Positions 48,618 to 64,000 of a stretch of 64,000 nucleotides of DNA are shown one piece after another (positions within the stretch are counted from its first letter, which is position 1; each line of letters begins with the position of its first letter). This DNA comes from Candidatus Latescibacterota bacterium (GTDB taxonomy: Bacteria; Latescibacterota; UBA2968; UBA8231). The stretch spans positions 1,664,001-1,728,000 of the forward strand of contig CBDCSU010000006.1 in assembly GCA_965221775.1 (NCBI GenBank), in the 5' to 3' direction. Position numbers and translations under genes: made by a program. The notes under the pieces were generated by a model that worked only from the letters and a program-made list of their open reading frames with translations, did not search any database and was not told the origin of the DNA.

Positions 48618-49760
48618 CTAGAAGTAGCTGAGCAGCTTCTCCCAGACGCTCATGCGGGCCACGGTATCGGCGGCCACAAGGTCGACCCGGGCGAGGACGG
48701 CGTCGTCCAGGCGCAGGTGAAGCACACCGAGGCTGTCGCCCGCCGCCACCGGCGCCGGCTGCTCCTCCGGCAGCTCCACTCGGCGCTCCACGCGCCGGCG
48801 CTGCTCCGGGGTGAGGACGGCGACGAAGGTGTCGGAGGTCACCGCCGCCACCTCCGGCTCCAGCCCCCAGTCAAGGGAGACCTTCCCTATCGGCTCACCC
48901 GCCAGCGTCAGCGGCCCCTTGACGAAGTGAGCGAAGCCCCACTCCAACAGGCGGGCCGTCTCCCGGTCCCGCAACCGCTCCCTGCGTGCTCCCAGGATGA
49001 TCGAGATGAGGCGCATGTCGCGGCGCTGGGCGGTGGCCACCAGGCACGACCCCGCCCGTCTCGTGTATCCGGTCTTCAACCCGTCGAGCCCCGGGAAGCG
49101 GCGGAGGAGCTTGTTCGTCGTGTAGAGGGTGAAGGCGCCGTTGCGGAAAGGGCGCATGCGGATCGAGGACCACTCGAAGATCTGGCGGTACGGAAGCAGG
49201 GCCCGTGCGACGGCGCCGAGATCCCTCGCAGTGGTTACGTTGCCCTTGTCCCAAGGGGTGTCATCGAGTCCATGGACGTTCACGCATCGCGAGGACGCCA
49301 TGCCGAGCTCCCGGGCCTTGGCGTTCATCATTGCGACGAACCCCTCCACCGAGCCGCCGATGTGCTCCGCCACCGCCACGCAGGCGTCGTTGGCGGAGGA
49401 GATGACGATGGCCGCCATCATCTCCGAGAGGGGAAAGACCTCCCCCTGCTGCAGGTAGACCTGCGACCCACCCGTACGACTCGCCCGCGCGGAGGTGTGG
49501 ACGGGGTCGGTCAGGGCGACACGGCCGTCCCTCAGGGCTTCCATGACCACGAGTTGGAGCAGCAGCTTCTGGGTGCTGGCTGGAGATCTCGGCGCATCGG
49601 CCCGGTATTCGAACAGGACGGATCCGGTGGAGGCCTCCAGCAGCAGGGCGGAGGCGAAGGGCGGGTTGCTGCCGACGTCGTACGCGGCGGCGCTGATGGG
49701 GGTGATGGACAGCCCCGCCAGGCACAGAGGGGGCACAAGGATCCGGAGCAGAGAGCGCAT
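48618..49760 (-). CDS. D-alanyl-D-alanine carboxypeptidase (peptidase S11, PBP5/DacA-like)
   Basis: ASTQK (SxxK), SAN (SxN), LKTG; signal peptide. Confidence 0.93.
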   Translation of the reverse strand: MRSLLRILVPPLCLAGLSITPISAAAYDVGSNPPFASALLLEASTGSVLFEYRADAPRSPASTQKLLLQLVVMEALRDGRVALTDPVHTSARASRTGGSQVYLQQGEVFPLSEMMAAIVISSANDACVAVAEHIGGSVEGFVAMMNAKARELGMASSRCVNVHGLDDTPWDKGNVTTARDLGAVARALLPYRQIFEWSSIRMRPFRNGAFTLYTTNKLLRRFPGLDGLKTGYTRRAGSCLVATAQRRDMRLISIILGARRERLRDRETARLLEWGFAHFVKGPLTLAGEPIGKVSLDWGLEPEVAAVTSDTFVAVLTPEQRRRVERRVELPEEQPAPVAAGDSLGVLHLRLDDAVLARVDLVAADTVARMSVWEKLLSYF

Positions 49761-49876
49761 GGAGGCTCCGTCTTCGGGACAGGCGGGAGTGTTGATGAAG
49801 CTGATTGGGCGAGGGGAGTGCCAAAGATAGCGAGAGGTGTGGACGGAGGGCAATCAGGCTTTTTCCTTTGGCAACC

Positions 49877-50845
49877 ATGAGAGACGTGACCGAACCGGGA
49901 CCGACCTACAACGGCGAAGCCATGGATGCCGGGGCGGACGCCTTCGGCGAGCTCCGGCGCTCCGACGACATCGCCGGCGACACCGAGGCCCAGCGGCAGC
50001 GGCTGGCCGAGGACGGATACCTGTTCCTGCCCGGACTGCTGCACCGGGAGGAGGTGCTCGAGGCGCGGCGGGAGGTGCTGCGGCGGCTGGCGCTGGCGGG
50101 AGTCGTGGACGACACCGATCACCCCCTCCTCGACGGTGTCGTGCTCCCCGGGGCCGACCTGGCCAACGCCCACGACCTGGCCAGGAACAACGCCCCCCTG
50201 GAGCGGGTGTTGTACGCCGGCCCCATGATCGCCTTCTACGAGGCCCTCCTCGGCGGCCCCGTGCGTCACTTCGACTACACCTGGTTCCGCGCCAAGATGC
50301 CGGGACCGTCGGTTACCCAGCCCCACTACGACGTGGTCTTCATGGGCCGGGGGACGAAGGACCTGTGGACCTCCTGGACGCCCCTCGGCGATGTTCCGCG
50401 CGAGCACGGCGGCCTCCTCGTCCTCGAGGGGTCGCATCGCCTGGAGGAGCTGCGCCGCACCTACGGCGCCGCCGACGTCGACATGTACTGCGAGAACCGC
50501 GGCGACGGGGCCCGCATCGTCCCGGCTGCGCAGTCCGAAGGCCGGGACCTGACCGCCGAGGAACAGCAGCGGATCGAGTGGCAGGGGCGCGGACACTATT
50601 CCCCCGACGCCATCGCCGCCCGTCGCGAGCTGGGCGGGCGCTGGCTGACCGCCGACTACCGCGCCGGCGACCTGCTGGTGCTGAGCATGTACACCATGCA
50701 CGCCAGCTTCGACAACCGCTCGGACCGCATCCGGTTGTCCTCCGACTCCCGCTACCAGCTGGCCTCGGAGCCGGTGGACGAACGCTGGATCGGCGACGAC
50801 CCCATGCTGCACGGGATCCGCGCCAAGCGCGGTCTGATCTGCTAG
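49877..50845 (+). CDS. Phytanoyl-CoA dioxygenase (PhyH) family protein
   Basis: LAEDGYLFL, PHYD, WTPLGD, LEGSH, AGDLLV...MHAS, RLSSDSRYQ. Confidence 0.88.
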   Translation: MRDVTEPGPTYNGEAMDAGADAFGELRRSDDIAGDTEAQRQRLAEDGYLFLPGLLHREEVLEARREVLRRLALAGVVDDTDHPLLDGVVLPGADLANAHDLARNNAPLERVLYAGPMIAFYEALLGGPVRHFDYTWFRAKMPGPSVTQPHYDVVFMGRGTKDLWTSWTPLGDVPREHGGLLVLEGSHRLEELRRTYGAADVDMYCENRGDGARIVPAAQSEGRDLTAEEQQRIEWQGRGHYSPDAIAARRELGGRWLTADYRAGDLLVLSMYTMHASFDNRSDRIRLSSDSRYQLASEPVDERWIGDDPMLHGIRAKRGLIC

Positions 50846-51432
50846 TTGAGAGTCGGGTCCTCGGGGATGAAGGACATGGGGACGTACTTGCCGCCCAGGG
50901 AGATCAGGGCCTGCTGCCACATGGCCCCGGGATCGTCGCTGAAGATCAGGTCGAGGTCGCCGGGGGCCAGGATCCAGGCGCCGAGGGCGATCTCCGACTC
51001 CAGCTGACCCGGCTGCCACTCCGAATAACCCAGAAAGAAGCGCAGGAAGGGGGACTCCCCGGCCCCGGCCCGGTACTCGCGCAGGGAGTCGAGATCGCCG
51101 CCGGCGAACAGACCGGGGCGGATCGGCGTGGCCTCTCCCCGGAGGTGCTCCACCCGGTGCAGGAAGATCAGGGAACCGGGCTCCACCGGACCTCCCTGGT
51201 AGAACATCTCGCCGCGGGCGGCGGACTCCCGTCCCATCCCCAACGTCAGGCGGTCGAGCTCTTCCCGCGGGTAGAGCTTGGCCCGCTCCCCGAGGGGGCG
51301 GTTGATGACCACCCCGAGGGTGACCTCGTCCGGCATGTGCTGCAGAATGAGGACGATGGTCCTGGAGAAGGCGGGATCCTCCAGGCCGAGAGAGGCGATG
51401 AGGAAGGTCCCTGGTTCGAGGGCCGCGGGCAT
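50842..51432 (-). CDS. YqgE/AlgH family protein
   Basis: FLIAS..L.DPAFSRTIV, GVVINRP, GGPV, GYSEWQPGQLESEI. Confidence 0.92.
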   Translation of the reverse strand: MPAALEPGTFLIASLGLEDPAFSRTIVLILQHMPDEVTLGVVINRPLGERAKLYPREELDRLTLGMGRESAARGEMFYQGGPVEPGSLIFLHRVEHLRGEATPIRPGLFAGGDLDSLREYRAGAGESPFLRFFLGYSEWQPGQLESEIALGAWILAPGDLDLIFSDDPGAMWQQALISLGGKYVPMSFIPEDPTLN

Positions 51433-51476
51433 GGGAAGAGAATCAAGCCGGCCTTCGAAACCCGGTCAACGCGGCC

Positions 51477-52643
51477 TCACCCACCGTAGCGCAGATACCG
51501 CCGCCGGTACTCCTCGAAGGGACGCCGGTCCCGCGCCCACCGCTCGATCAGGTCTTCCACCTCGGCGCCGGCGTCCAGCGCTTCGCGGACCGTGTCGGTG
51601 CCGGCGAGCTTGTCGAAGTTGTGGATGCCCTCGGGGTTCGTGCGCCACTCGAACTCCTCCGGCCAGCCGCGGCGCACCGCGGCGAGCAGGTGGAAGCCGG
51701 TGCGCACGGGGGAGAAGCCCTCGTCTCCCGTGACGTGCAGCTGGACCCCCGCGCAGGAGAGGCCCTCGTGCTTGCCGAAGGACGGCCGGAAGAAGACCGG
51801 CCTGACGGCGGCGGCCGGCAGCCCCAGGGCCTCGACGCGGCCGGCGAGGAGGAAACCGTCGATGTACGGCGCGCCGATCTGCTCGAAGGGGCTCGCCGTC
51901 CCCCGCCCCTCCGAGACGTTGGTCCCCTCGAAGAAGCACATACCCGGGTACACGGCCACGGTCCCCGGGGTCGGCATGTTCGGCGACGGCGGCACCCAGG
52001 GAAGGGCGGTGTGGCGCCAGCGCATGCTCCGCCGCCAGCCCCTCATCTCGACCACGTGCAGCTCGGCGCCGATCCCGTACTCCTCGTTGAACAGCCCCGC
52101 CAGCTCGCCGATGGTCAGGCCGTAGCGCACCGGGATCGGGTAACGGCCCACGAAGGAGGCGAAGGCCGGCGCGTCGAGCACGTTCCCCTCCACCACGAGG
52201 CCGCCCAGCGGGTTCGGCCGGTCGAGAACCACGAAAGGAACACCCGCCTCGGCGCAAGCCTCCATGGCCAGGCTCATGGTGTACAGGTAGGTGTAGAACC
52301 GCACGCCCACGTCCTGGATGTCGAAGAGCAGCACGTCGAGCTGATCGAGCTCTTCGGGAGTGGGATGGCGGCGCTCTCCGTAGAGACTCACCGCCGGCGC
52401 GCCGGTGCGAAGGTCGACGGCGGTCTCCACCGCGACGCCGTCCTCGGCGTCTCCCCGGATCCCGTGCTCGGGGCCGAAGAGCATGGCCAGATCGACGCCG
52501 GCGCGCGCGTGCAGCACGTCGGCGGTGGCCCGCAGTCGCCGGTCGACGCCGGAGGGGTTGGTCACCAGCCCGACGCGGCGCCCCTCCACCAGGCGGAAGG
52601 CCAGCGGGTCGGTGAAGAGCCGTTCGCAGCCGAGCTCGACCAT
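51477..52643 (-). CDS. namZ: Exo-beta-N-acetylmuramidase NamZ (DUF1343) family
   Basis: GLVTNPSG, FGPEHG, DIQDVGVRFYTY, LDRPNP, PPSPN, SEGRGT. Confidence 0.9.
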   Translation of the reverse strand: MVELGCERLFTDPLAFRLVEGRRVGLVTNPSGVDRRLRATADVLHARAGVDLAMLFGPEHGIRGDAEDGVAVETAVDLRTGAPAVSLYGERRHPTPEELDQLDVLLFDIQDVGVRFYTYLYTMSLAMEACAEAGVPFVVLDRPNPLGGLVVEGNVLDAPAFASFVGRYPIPVRYGLTIGELAGLFNEEYGIGAELHVVEMRGWRRSMRWRHTALPWVPPSPNMPTPGTVAVYPGMCFFEGTNVSEGRGTASPFEQIGAPYIDGFLLAGRVEALGLPAAAVRPVFFRPSFGKHEGLSCAGVQLHVTGDEGFSPVRTGFHLLAAVRRGWPEEFEWRTNPEGIHNFDKLAGTDTVREALDAGAEVEDLIERWARDRRPFEEYRRRYLRYGG

Positions 52644-53659
52644 CAGGCGGCCCTGGGCTCGCTCCGCGGCCCGGTACGGCGCAGCACGAAGGCGATGCCC
52701 CCGAGAGCGCTGGCGCAGATGCCGGCGGCGTAGCCCAGCAGGGAGGCGGCGAAGGCGAGGCTCTCCTCGACCCCCACGCTCCCGAAGAGCTCGACCAGCA
52801 CGCCCTCGCGCACCCCGAGTCCGCCCACCGAGATGGGCAGCGCCGCGACGATCGCCGCCGCCGGCTGGAATCCCATGAAGTAGCGCAGCCCGACATCGAG
52901 GCCGACGGCCAGTCCCGCCGCCCAGTAGACGAGGATGCGGCTGAACTGCACGCCGAGGGAGACGGCCCAGGCGGCGGCCAGCAGGCCCGTCTGCTCGCGG
53001 TAGACGGCGATCGCGGCCCTCAACCTCTCGACGCCTGCCCCGAGGCGGCGCGGCAGCAGCAGGCCGAGGAAGCCCCGGACCCGGCCGAGGCGCCGGCTCA
53101 TCCCCATGGCCAGCAACCCCGCCAGGGTCAGCCAGACGGTGGCGAGGAGGGTGACCAGACCCGGGCGCCGCACCTCGGCCACCAGGGCACAGGCCCCCAG
53201 CGCCAGGCAGCAGGTGGAGAACAGGCCGATGAAGCGATCCATGAAAGTCGCCGCCGCGGCGCGGCGGGTGGCCCCCGTAAGGCGGCGCACGTCGTAGATG
53301 CGAACAGCGTCGCCGCCGATGTTGCCGGGGAGCAGGTTGTTGAAGAACACCCCCACCCAGTAGACGACCGCCGTCTGCCCCGGAGAGACGGCGAGGGACT
53401 GGCCGCGCAGCAGCAGGTACCACTGTCCGGCGCCGAGAGCATTGCTCAGAACGAAGAAACAGGCGGCCACGGCGAAGAGGGCGGCGTCGGTGCGGCCCAG
53501 GACCCCGGCAAAAGCCTCCAGGTCGGACTGGGACAGCAGCCAGTAGAGGAGCCCCCCGCTCACCACCAGCTTGAGGAGGGGATCGCCGAAGCGGCGCCAG
53601 ACCGGGCGGCCGGGCGAGCCGTCGCCGCCGGAGTTCTGCCGCCGTCCGGAGGCTGCCAT
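52643..53659 (-). CDS. Lysylphosphatidylglycerol synthase TM-domain (flippase-like) protein
   Basis: FFNNLLPGNIGGDAVR, LPISVGGLGVRE; multiple TM helices. Confidence 0.88.
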   Translation of the reverse strand: MAASGRRQNSGGDGSPGRPVWRRFGDPLLKLVVSGGLLYWLLSQSDLEAFAGVLGRTDAALFAVAACFFVLSNALGAGQWYLLLRGQSLAVSPGQTAVVYWVGVFFNNLLPGNIGGDAVRIYDVRRLTGATRRAAAATFMDRFIGLFSTCCLALGACALVAEVRRPGLVTLLATVWLTLAGLLAMGMSRRLGRVRGFLGLLLPRRLGAGVERLRAAIAVYREQTGLLAAAWAVSLGVQFSRILVYWAAGLAVGLDVGLRYFMGFQPAAAIVAALPISVGGLGVREGVLVELFGSVGVEESLAFAASLLGYAAGICASALGGIAFVLRRTGPRSEPRAA

Positions 53660-54702
53660 CAGCGCTCCCCCATAAGCGCCGACGCCGTGCGCCGCCGCAG
53701 CAGGTAGTAGTGGATCAGAGCGCTCCCGGGGAACACGCCTTCCTCCCCCGTCTCGCGGCTGGCGGCGGCGAGTCGGCGGCTGTCACCGCGGCGGCGCCTC
53801 AGGTTGCCCGGATGGGCGGCGATCCAGGCCAGGCCCGCCAGGGGCGCCGCGGCGCAAAGGGGCCGCCGCGCCGCGTAGCGCAGGCAGGAGAGCAGCTCCA
53901 GGAGCACCCGCACGGGCAGGAGCCACAGCAGGCGGCGGGCGGGCAGGTTCTTGATCAGCGCCACCAGGTTGTTGCGGTGGTTGAGATAGGCCTTGCGGAA
54001 GCTGTCGGCCGGGAGGGACTGCCCCGCGTGGTGGAAGACCCTGGACTCCGGCACGGCGAGGATCCGCCAGCCCGCCAGGCGCAGGCGCCAGCACAGATCG
54101 ATCTCCTCGAAGTGCATGAAGTAGTCCAGGTCGAGGGGGCCGACCTCGCGCAACGCCTCGAGACGGAGGAACATCGCCGTGCCGCAGGCCCAGAACAGCT
54201 CCCGGCGGCCGTCGTACTGCCCCTCGTCGCGCTCCACCGTGTCGAAGACCCGGCCCCGGCAGAAGGTGTATCCGAGCCGGTCGATGTAGCCGCCGGCGGC
54301 GCCGCTAGGATCGAAGTACCCCGGCCGGGTCTCCCACAGCAGCTTGGGCTGGCACACGGCCACTTCCGGAGCCTCCGAGGCCGCGTCCTCCAGAGGGGCG
54401 AGCCAGCCCGGCGTCACGCGGGTGTCGTCGTTGAGCAGCAGGGCGAAGGGGGTCTCCGCCGCCTCCAGCCCCCGGTTGCACGAGCCCGTGAAACCCAGGC
54501 GCCGGTCATTGCTCAAAACCTCCATCCGGGGGAACCGGCCGCGGGCGGACTCCAGGGCCGGACCGCCGCCGCCGTCGTCGACGACCAGGACGCGCACCGG
54601 CCGGTCGCTGTGCCGATAGAGGGAATCCAGGCAGTCGCTGAGGGTGTCGGCCCGGTAGTGGGGGATGACGACCGTCGTGGCCGGCTCCGGCCCGGAGGTC
54701 AT
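53659..54702 (-). CDS. Glycosyltransferase family 2
   Basis: VVIPHY, VVDDG, GFTGSCN, LLNDD, FMHFEEIDLCWR. Confidence 0.92.
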   Translation of the reverse strand: MTSGPEPATTVVIPHYRADTLSDCLDSLYRHSDRPVRVLVVDDGGGGPALESARGRFPRMEVLSNDRRLGFTGSCNRGLEAAETPFALLLNDDTRVTPGWLAPLEDAASEAPEVAVCQPKLLWETRPGYFDPSGAAGGYIDRLGYTFCRGRVFDTVERDEGQYDGRRELFWACGTAMFLRLEALREVGPLDLDYFMHFEEIDLCWRLRLAGWRILAVPESRVFHHAGQSLPADSFRKAYLNHRNNLVALIKNLPARRLLWLLPVRVLLELLSCLRYAARRPLCAAAPLAGLAWIAAHPGNLRRRRGDSRRLAAASRETGEEGVFPGSALIHYYLLRRRTASALMGER

Positions 54703-57494
54703 TCGGCCGGGGCGCCGGACCCGGTGGCCGACGTCTCGGCGTCGGCCGTCTCGAGGCGCTCCAGGGCCTTGATCAGGATCTCCCGGTCCAGACTGGCCGA
54801 GTCGAGCTCCCCGTACTCCTCGACGTAGCCCTCGATCACGCCGAGGGCCTCCCGCGCGCGGCCCCCCGCCTGCAGCGTGGCGGCCAGCTCGTGGTAGGCG
54901 GCATAGCCGCGGGGGCGCAGGGCGATGGTCCGGCGGTAGACCTCCTCGGCCCGGTCCAAGGCCCCGTAGTCGTTGTAGAGGATGCTGGCCAGGGCCAGGG
55001 CGTTGTCGTACGTGGCGGACGGGTCGGCGCCATAGCGCTCGACGAGCCCGTGGGCCGCCTTCTCGACGAACTCGGCGGCCAGATCGAACCGCCCCGCCTG
55101 CCGGTAGTTCTCGCTGGCCGCGTAGAGGCCCTCCCATCCCATGGGGACGTTCTCCTCCGCCCACCGGAGCAGCGTCGCCATCTCGTCGACGCGCCCCTCG
55201 GTCTGGTAGATGTCGGCCAGGGTGAGGACGCAGGCCCGGTAGTTCTGCAGCAGCCGGCTGGTGTTCTCGTCCTTGTAGATCGACTCGTCCCGAATGCCCC
55301 GGAAGCGGTAGACCTCCATCAGGTTGCGGGCCAGGGCCTCGGCGTTGCCGCCGCCCCGCACCTTCTCGCGCTTCAGCTTCAGGGTCATGCCCTCCATCTC
55401 GAGATAGGGATCGAGACCGACGCGGTTGGAGCCGGCCACGGTGATGGCGAAGTGGACGGGCCGCCTGAAGTCGTTCCAGTAGACGATGCCGATGACCATG
55501 ATGTCCTGCACCCGCAGCAGATTGTGGCCCGGCGGCGCCGAGACCTCCACGTCGAGTCCGAGGTCCCTGAATTCCCGCGGCCTCTTCGGCGTCAGCCACA
55601 GCCGCTTCTCGAGATCGACCATCTGCGTGTCGGTGAGGGTGGAGTCGATGAAGACGTCGCCCAGCGGCGCCCCGCCGTCCCTGGACATGGCCACCCGGGG
55701 ATCGCGGTCGCGCAGCTGCTTGATGTACCACCCCGTGTTGAGCAGGCTCAGATTGATGATGCTCACGTCCCGGCGGATGCCCTCCACGTGCTGCAGGTAC
55801 CACAGGGGGAAGGTGTCGTTGTCGCCGTTGGTGAAGAGCAGCGAGTTCGGATCGCAGGACTGCAGCAGGTTGTGGGCGTAGTCCCAGGCGATGTAGTCGC
55901 CCCGGCGGTCCTCGATGTGATGCAGCCTCGCGCCGACACCGGCCGGCAGCAGCAGACCGATGCAGGAAACGGCGGCGACCCATCCCGTCCGCAGCGAGAG
56001 CCTCCGGCGCAGGGCCTCGAGGACGGCGGTCCAGCCGAGGCCCATCCACACGGCCCAGGCCAGGAACATGCCCCCGAAGACGTAGTGGCGCTCGCGCGGC
56101 TGCGGGTCGGGCATGTTCAGGTAGAAGGACAGCCCGAAGCCCATGACCAGGAACATCAGGAAGAGGGCCAGGAACCGGCGCCAGTCCCGCCGCAACTGCC
56201 ACCCCAGGCCGAGGAGACCGGCCAGCAGCGGCACGGCGGAGACCGAGATCACGTGGGGCGTCCTCTCGGTGGCCCAGCGGAACACCATGTCCCGCTCGAG
56301 GAAGGGGAAGGGCCACTGCTGCAGGAAGTACTTGAACTGCTGGTGCCACAACTGGTAGACGCGGTCGGCGCGGGGCGTGAGCATGCCCAGCAGCTGGCTC
56401 TCCGTGCCGTACTGCTCGCGGCGGAGGAAGGAGAGGAAGTTGCCCAGGTTCTCCGGGTCGTTCATGTCGATGGCCGGGTCCAGCCCCGAGCGCAGGAACA
56501 GGGCCAGGTAGGTCGAGTACCCGAGCAGGAAGAGGACGCCCACTCCGACCATCAGCCCCAGGGCCCGGCGGTCTTCCCGGTAGAGGTGCACCACCAGGCC
56601 GATACCGCCCGCCAGGAGCACGAGGGCCAGAAGGGGCGCCGAGTCGAGGGCCTTGGCCACGACCACGGCGGCGCCGATGCCGACCGTCACCGCCAGGCTG
56701 TTGCGGTACTCCGGGTGCGTCGAGCCGACGTAGAGGCACAGGGCGACAGCGGCGAGTCCGGCCAGCACGCCGAGGAGTCTCGCCGATGGCGGGTACGGGG
56801 CGAAGGCGCTCATGGACACGGCGGCGGCGAGTCCGGCGACGAGCAGGATCAGGATGGAGCGCCGCAACTGCTGGTCGCCGAACCAGGCCAGCAGCACGAG
56901 GCTGGGGATGGTCAGGAGACAGAGGAGGTGGAGACCGCCCCCGAGCCCGAAGAAGTAGGCGATGAAGAACAGCCAGCGGTCGTTGCCGGCCCCGTGCCGC
57001 GTGCCTTCCCAGTAGAGGATCAGCCACAGGCCGCCGCAGACGAAGAACAGCGAGTAGGCGTAGACCTCGGCCTCGGTGCCGTTGAACCAGAAGGTGTAGG
57101 AGGTGGCCAGGCACAGGGCGGCGACGGCCGAGCCCAGGGTGGCCGTCCAGTCGCGGGCGTCCCCGAAGAAGCGCAGCGCCTCGCCCCCCATGGCGCGGCG
57201 GCAGAGGGCCACGGCGCTCTGGTAGGTGAACCAGACAGCCGCGGCCGATGCCAGGACGGACATGAAGACGACCCGGTTGGCCACGGTCCCTGCGGGGAAA
57301 AGGCTGAAGACCCGGCCGAGGAGGACGTACAGGGGCGACCCGGGCGGATGGGGGATCCCCAGGACGTGGGAGCAGGTGATGAACTCGCCCGTGTCCCAGA
57401 ACGATGTGGAGGGCGCCATGGTCTGCGTGTACAGACCGAGGGTGATCAGGAAGACAGCCCCGCCGGCCAGACGATGCAGTTGTAGTGGGGTCAT
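54699..57494 (-). CDS. DUF2723 / TMEM260-like GT-C membrane glycosyltransferase with C-terminal TPR-like repeats
   Basis: SFWDTGEF..HPPGSPLY, EAEVY, RERHY, FTNGDNDTFPLWY. Confidence 0.9.
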   Translation of the reverse strand: MTPLQLHRLAGGAVFLITLGLYTQTMAPSTSFWDTGEFITCSHVLGIPHPPGSPLYVLLGRVFSLFPAGTVANRVVFMSVLASAAAVWFTYQSAVALCRRAMGGEALRFFGDARDWTATLGSAVAALCLATSYTFWFNGTEAEVYAYSLFFVCGGLWLILYWEGTRHGAGNDRWLFFIAYFFGLGGGLHLLCLLTIPSLVLLAWFGDQQLRRSILILLVAGLAAAVSMSAFAPYPPSARLLGVLAGLAAVALCLYVGSTHPEYRNSLAVTVGIGAAVVVAKALDSAPLLALVLLAGGIGLVVHLYREDRRALGLMVGVGVLFLLGYSTYLALFLRSGLDPAIDMNDPENLGNFLSFLRREQYGTESQLLGMLTPRADRVYQLWHQQFKYFLQQWPFPFLERDMVFRWATERTPHVISVSAVPLLAGLLGLGWQLRRDWRRFLALFLMFLVMGFGLSFYLNMPDPQPRERHYVFGGMFLAWAVWMGLGWTAVLEALRRRLSLRTGWVAAVSCIGLLLPAGVGARLHHIEDRRGDYIAWDYAHNLLQSCDPNSLLFTNGDNDTFPLWYLQHVEGIRRDVSIINLSLLNTGWYIKQLRDRDPRVAMSRDGGAPLGDVFIDSTLTDTQMVDLEKRLWLTPKRPREFRDLGLDVEVSAPPGHNLLRVQDIMVIGIVYWNDFRRPVHFAITVAGSNRVGLDPYLEMEGMTLKLKREKVRGGGNAEALARNLMEVYRFRGIRDESIYKDENTSRLLQNYRACVLTLADIYQTEGRVDEMATLLRWAEENVPMGWEGLYAASENYRQAGRFDLAAEFVEKAAHGLVERYGADPSATYDNALALASILYNDYGALDRAEEVYRRTIALRPRGYAAYHELAATLQAGGRAREALGVIEGYVEEYGELDSASLDREILIKALERLETADAETSATGSGAPAE

Positions 57495-57549
57495 GGGAAC
57501 GGCCTAAGGTACGAGGGGCGCCCAGGCGCCGAAAGCAAGGGGCGGCGTG

Positions 57550-58203
57550 TCAGCGCAACTCCGCCGTGCCCCAGCGACTCGGGTCCGAGTAGAAGGGCGG
57601 CGAGCGGTCGACCGACCAGGACTGGGACCCGCGATCGACGTCGTTGAGGACGTAGTTGAAGCCGATCCGGTCGAACTCCCGGGGACGGTAGCCGTTGAGC
57701 CCTTCCGCCGGCACGAAGACCTCCATCTGGTAGCTCCGCTTCAGTCGCCGCAGACCGACCTGAAGGGCGTCCTCGGGGCACGGCGGCGCCTGCTCCCGGG
57801 CCCGGTCGATCGACGTCTGGCGGCCTATCGGCTCCGTGCCGTGCCGGCCCCTGCCCCCGGGCAGGAAGAGGAAGTGGTGGCAATAGCGGTTGGCCCGGTG
57901 GCTGTCCTTCACGTCGCGGGTGTCGATCCACACCTCGAAGGAGTCGGCCTGCCAGTGGTTGCGGGGATCGATCCGGAAGCTCTGCTTGCCCTTCACCTGC
58001 ACCGCGAACCACAGCCCGGCGTCGCTCCAGGCCATGTACAGATCGGCGAAGCTGGAGCCCCCATCGACCTCCAGCAGGGGTGGAACCCGGTAAGACGAGT
58101 CCCAGTCTCGCAGGTTCCCGTCGACTACGGGCGGATCCTCCCGGTAGCGGCAAGGGAAGGCGAAGCGGAAGAACGCCCGCCCCGGGGCGGCGATCATGCT
58201 CAT
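57550..58203 (-). CDS. CBM9-like/DOMON-like sugar-binding domain protein
   Basis: VDGNLRDW, YMAWSDAGLWF, DSFEVWIDT, IGFNYVLND. Confidence 0.75.
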   Translation of the reverse strand: MSMIAAPGRAFFRFAFPCRYREDPPVVDGNLRDWDSSYRVPPLLEVDGGSSFADLYMAWSDAGLWFAVQVKGKQSFRIDPRNHWQADSFEVWIDTRDVKDSHRANRYCHHFLFLPGGRGRHGTEPIGRQTSIDRAREQAPPCPEDALQVGLRRLKRSYQMEVFVPAEGLNGYRPREFDRIGFNYVLNDVDRGSQSWSVDRSPPFYSDPSRWGTAELR

Positions 58204-58231
58204 GGGTAGAGCCCGCGCGGTCCGTTCACGG

Positions 58232-63946
<5,715 letters not shown>

Positions 63947-64000
63947 GGACCTCCGGGTGGGGCTGCAAGGGAGGAAGAAGGCAAACGTGACAATTTACGG

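Overview
A very GC-rich bacterial chromosome segment (roughly 70% GC by eye) with about 52 protein genes, one tRNA-Val(GAC) and no integrase, transposase, phage module or CRISPR array. Secreted-protein motifs suggest a Latescibacterota/Gemmatimonadota-like host (inference). Most genes are catabolic or housekeeping: PhyH dioxygenases, amidohydrolases, enolase-superfamily dehydratases, acs, moeA, nfuA, a TonB receptor, an SPFH/NfeD trio, a glycosylation/NamZ cluster and a double-length UvrA. The standout is a two-gene unit at 34017-37769. An ECF sigma factor with a candidate ECF-type promoter is followed, 2 nt later, by a single 1033-aa protein that is a collinear, heavily miniaturised RpoB-RpoC (beta-beta') fusion. 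The fusion keeps both catalytic double-psi barrels (DFDGD, GDK/HGxKG, FED, PSR) and the sigma-binding clamp helices. It lacks the beta flap, fork loop 2 and the trigger loop, and has altered ribose-selecting and rifampicin-pocket residues. Just upstream is a full-length RNase II homolog that lacks its catalytic residues. The 26.6-29.9 kb region is a decay zone with flanking gene remnants, a C19 run and two truncated convergent genes. All motif assignments are by eye from recalled consensus sequences; no searches were run.
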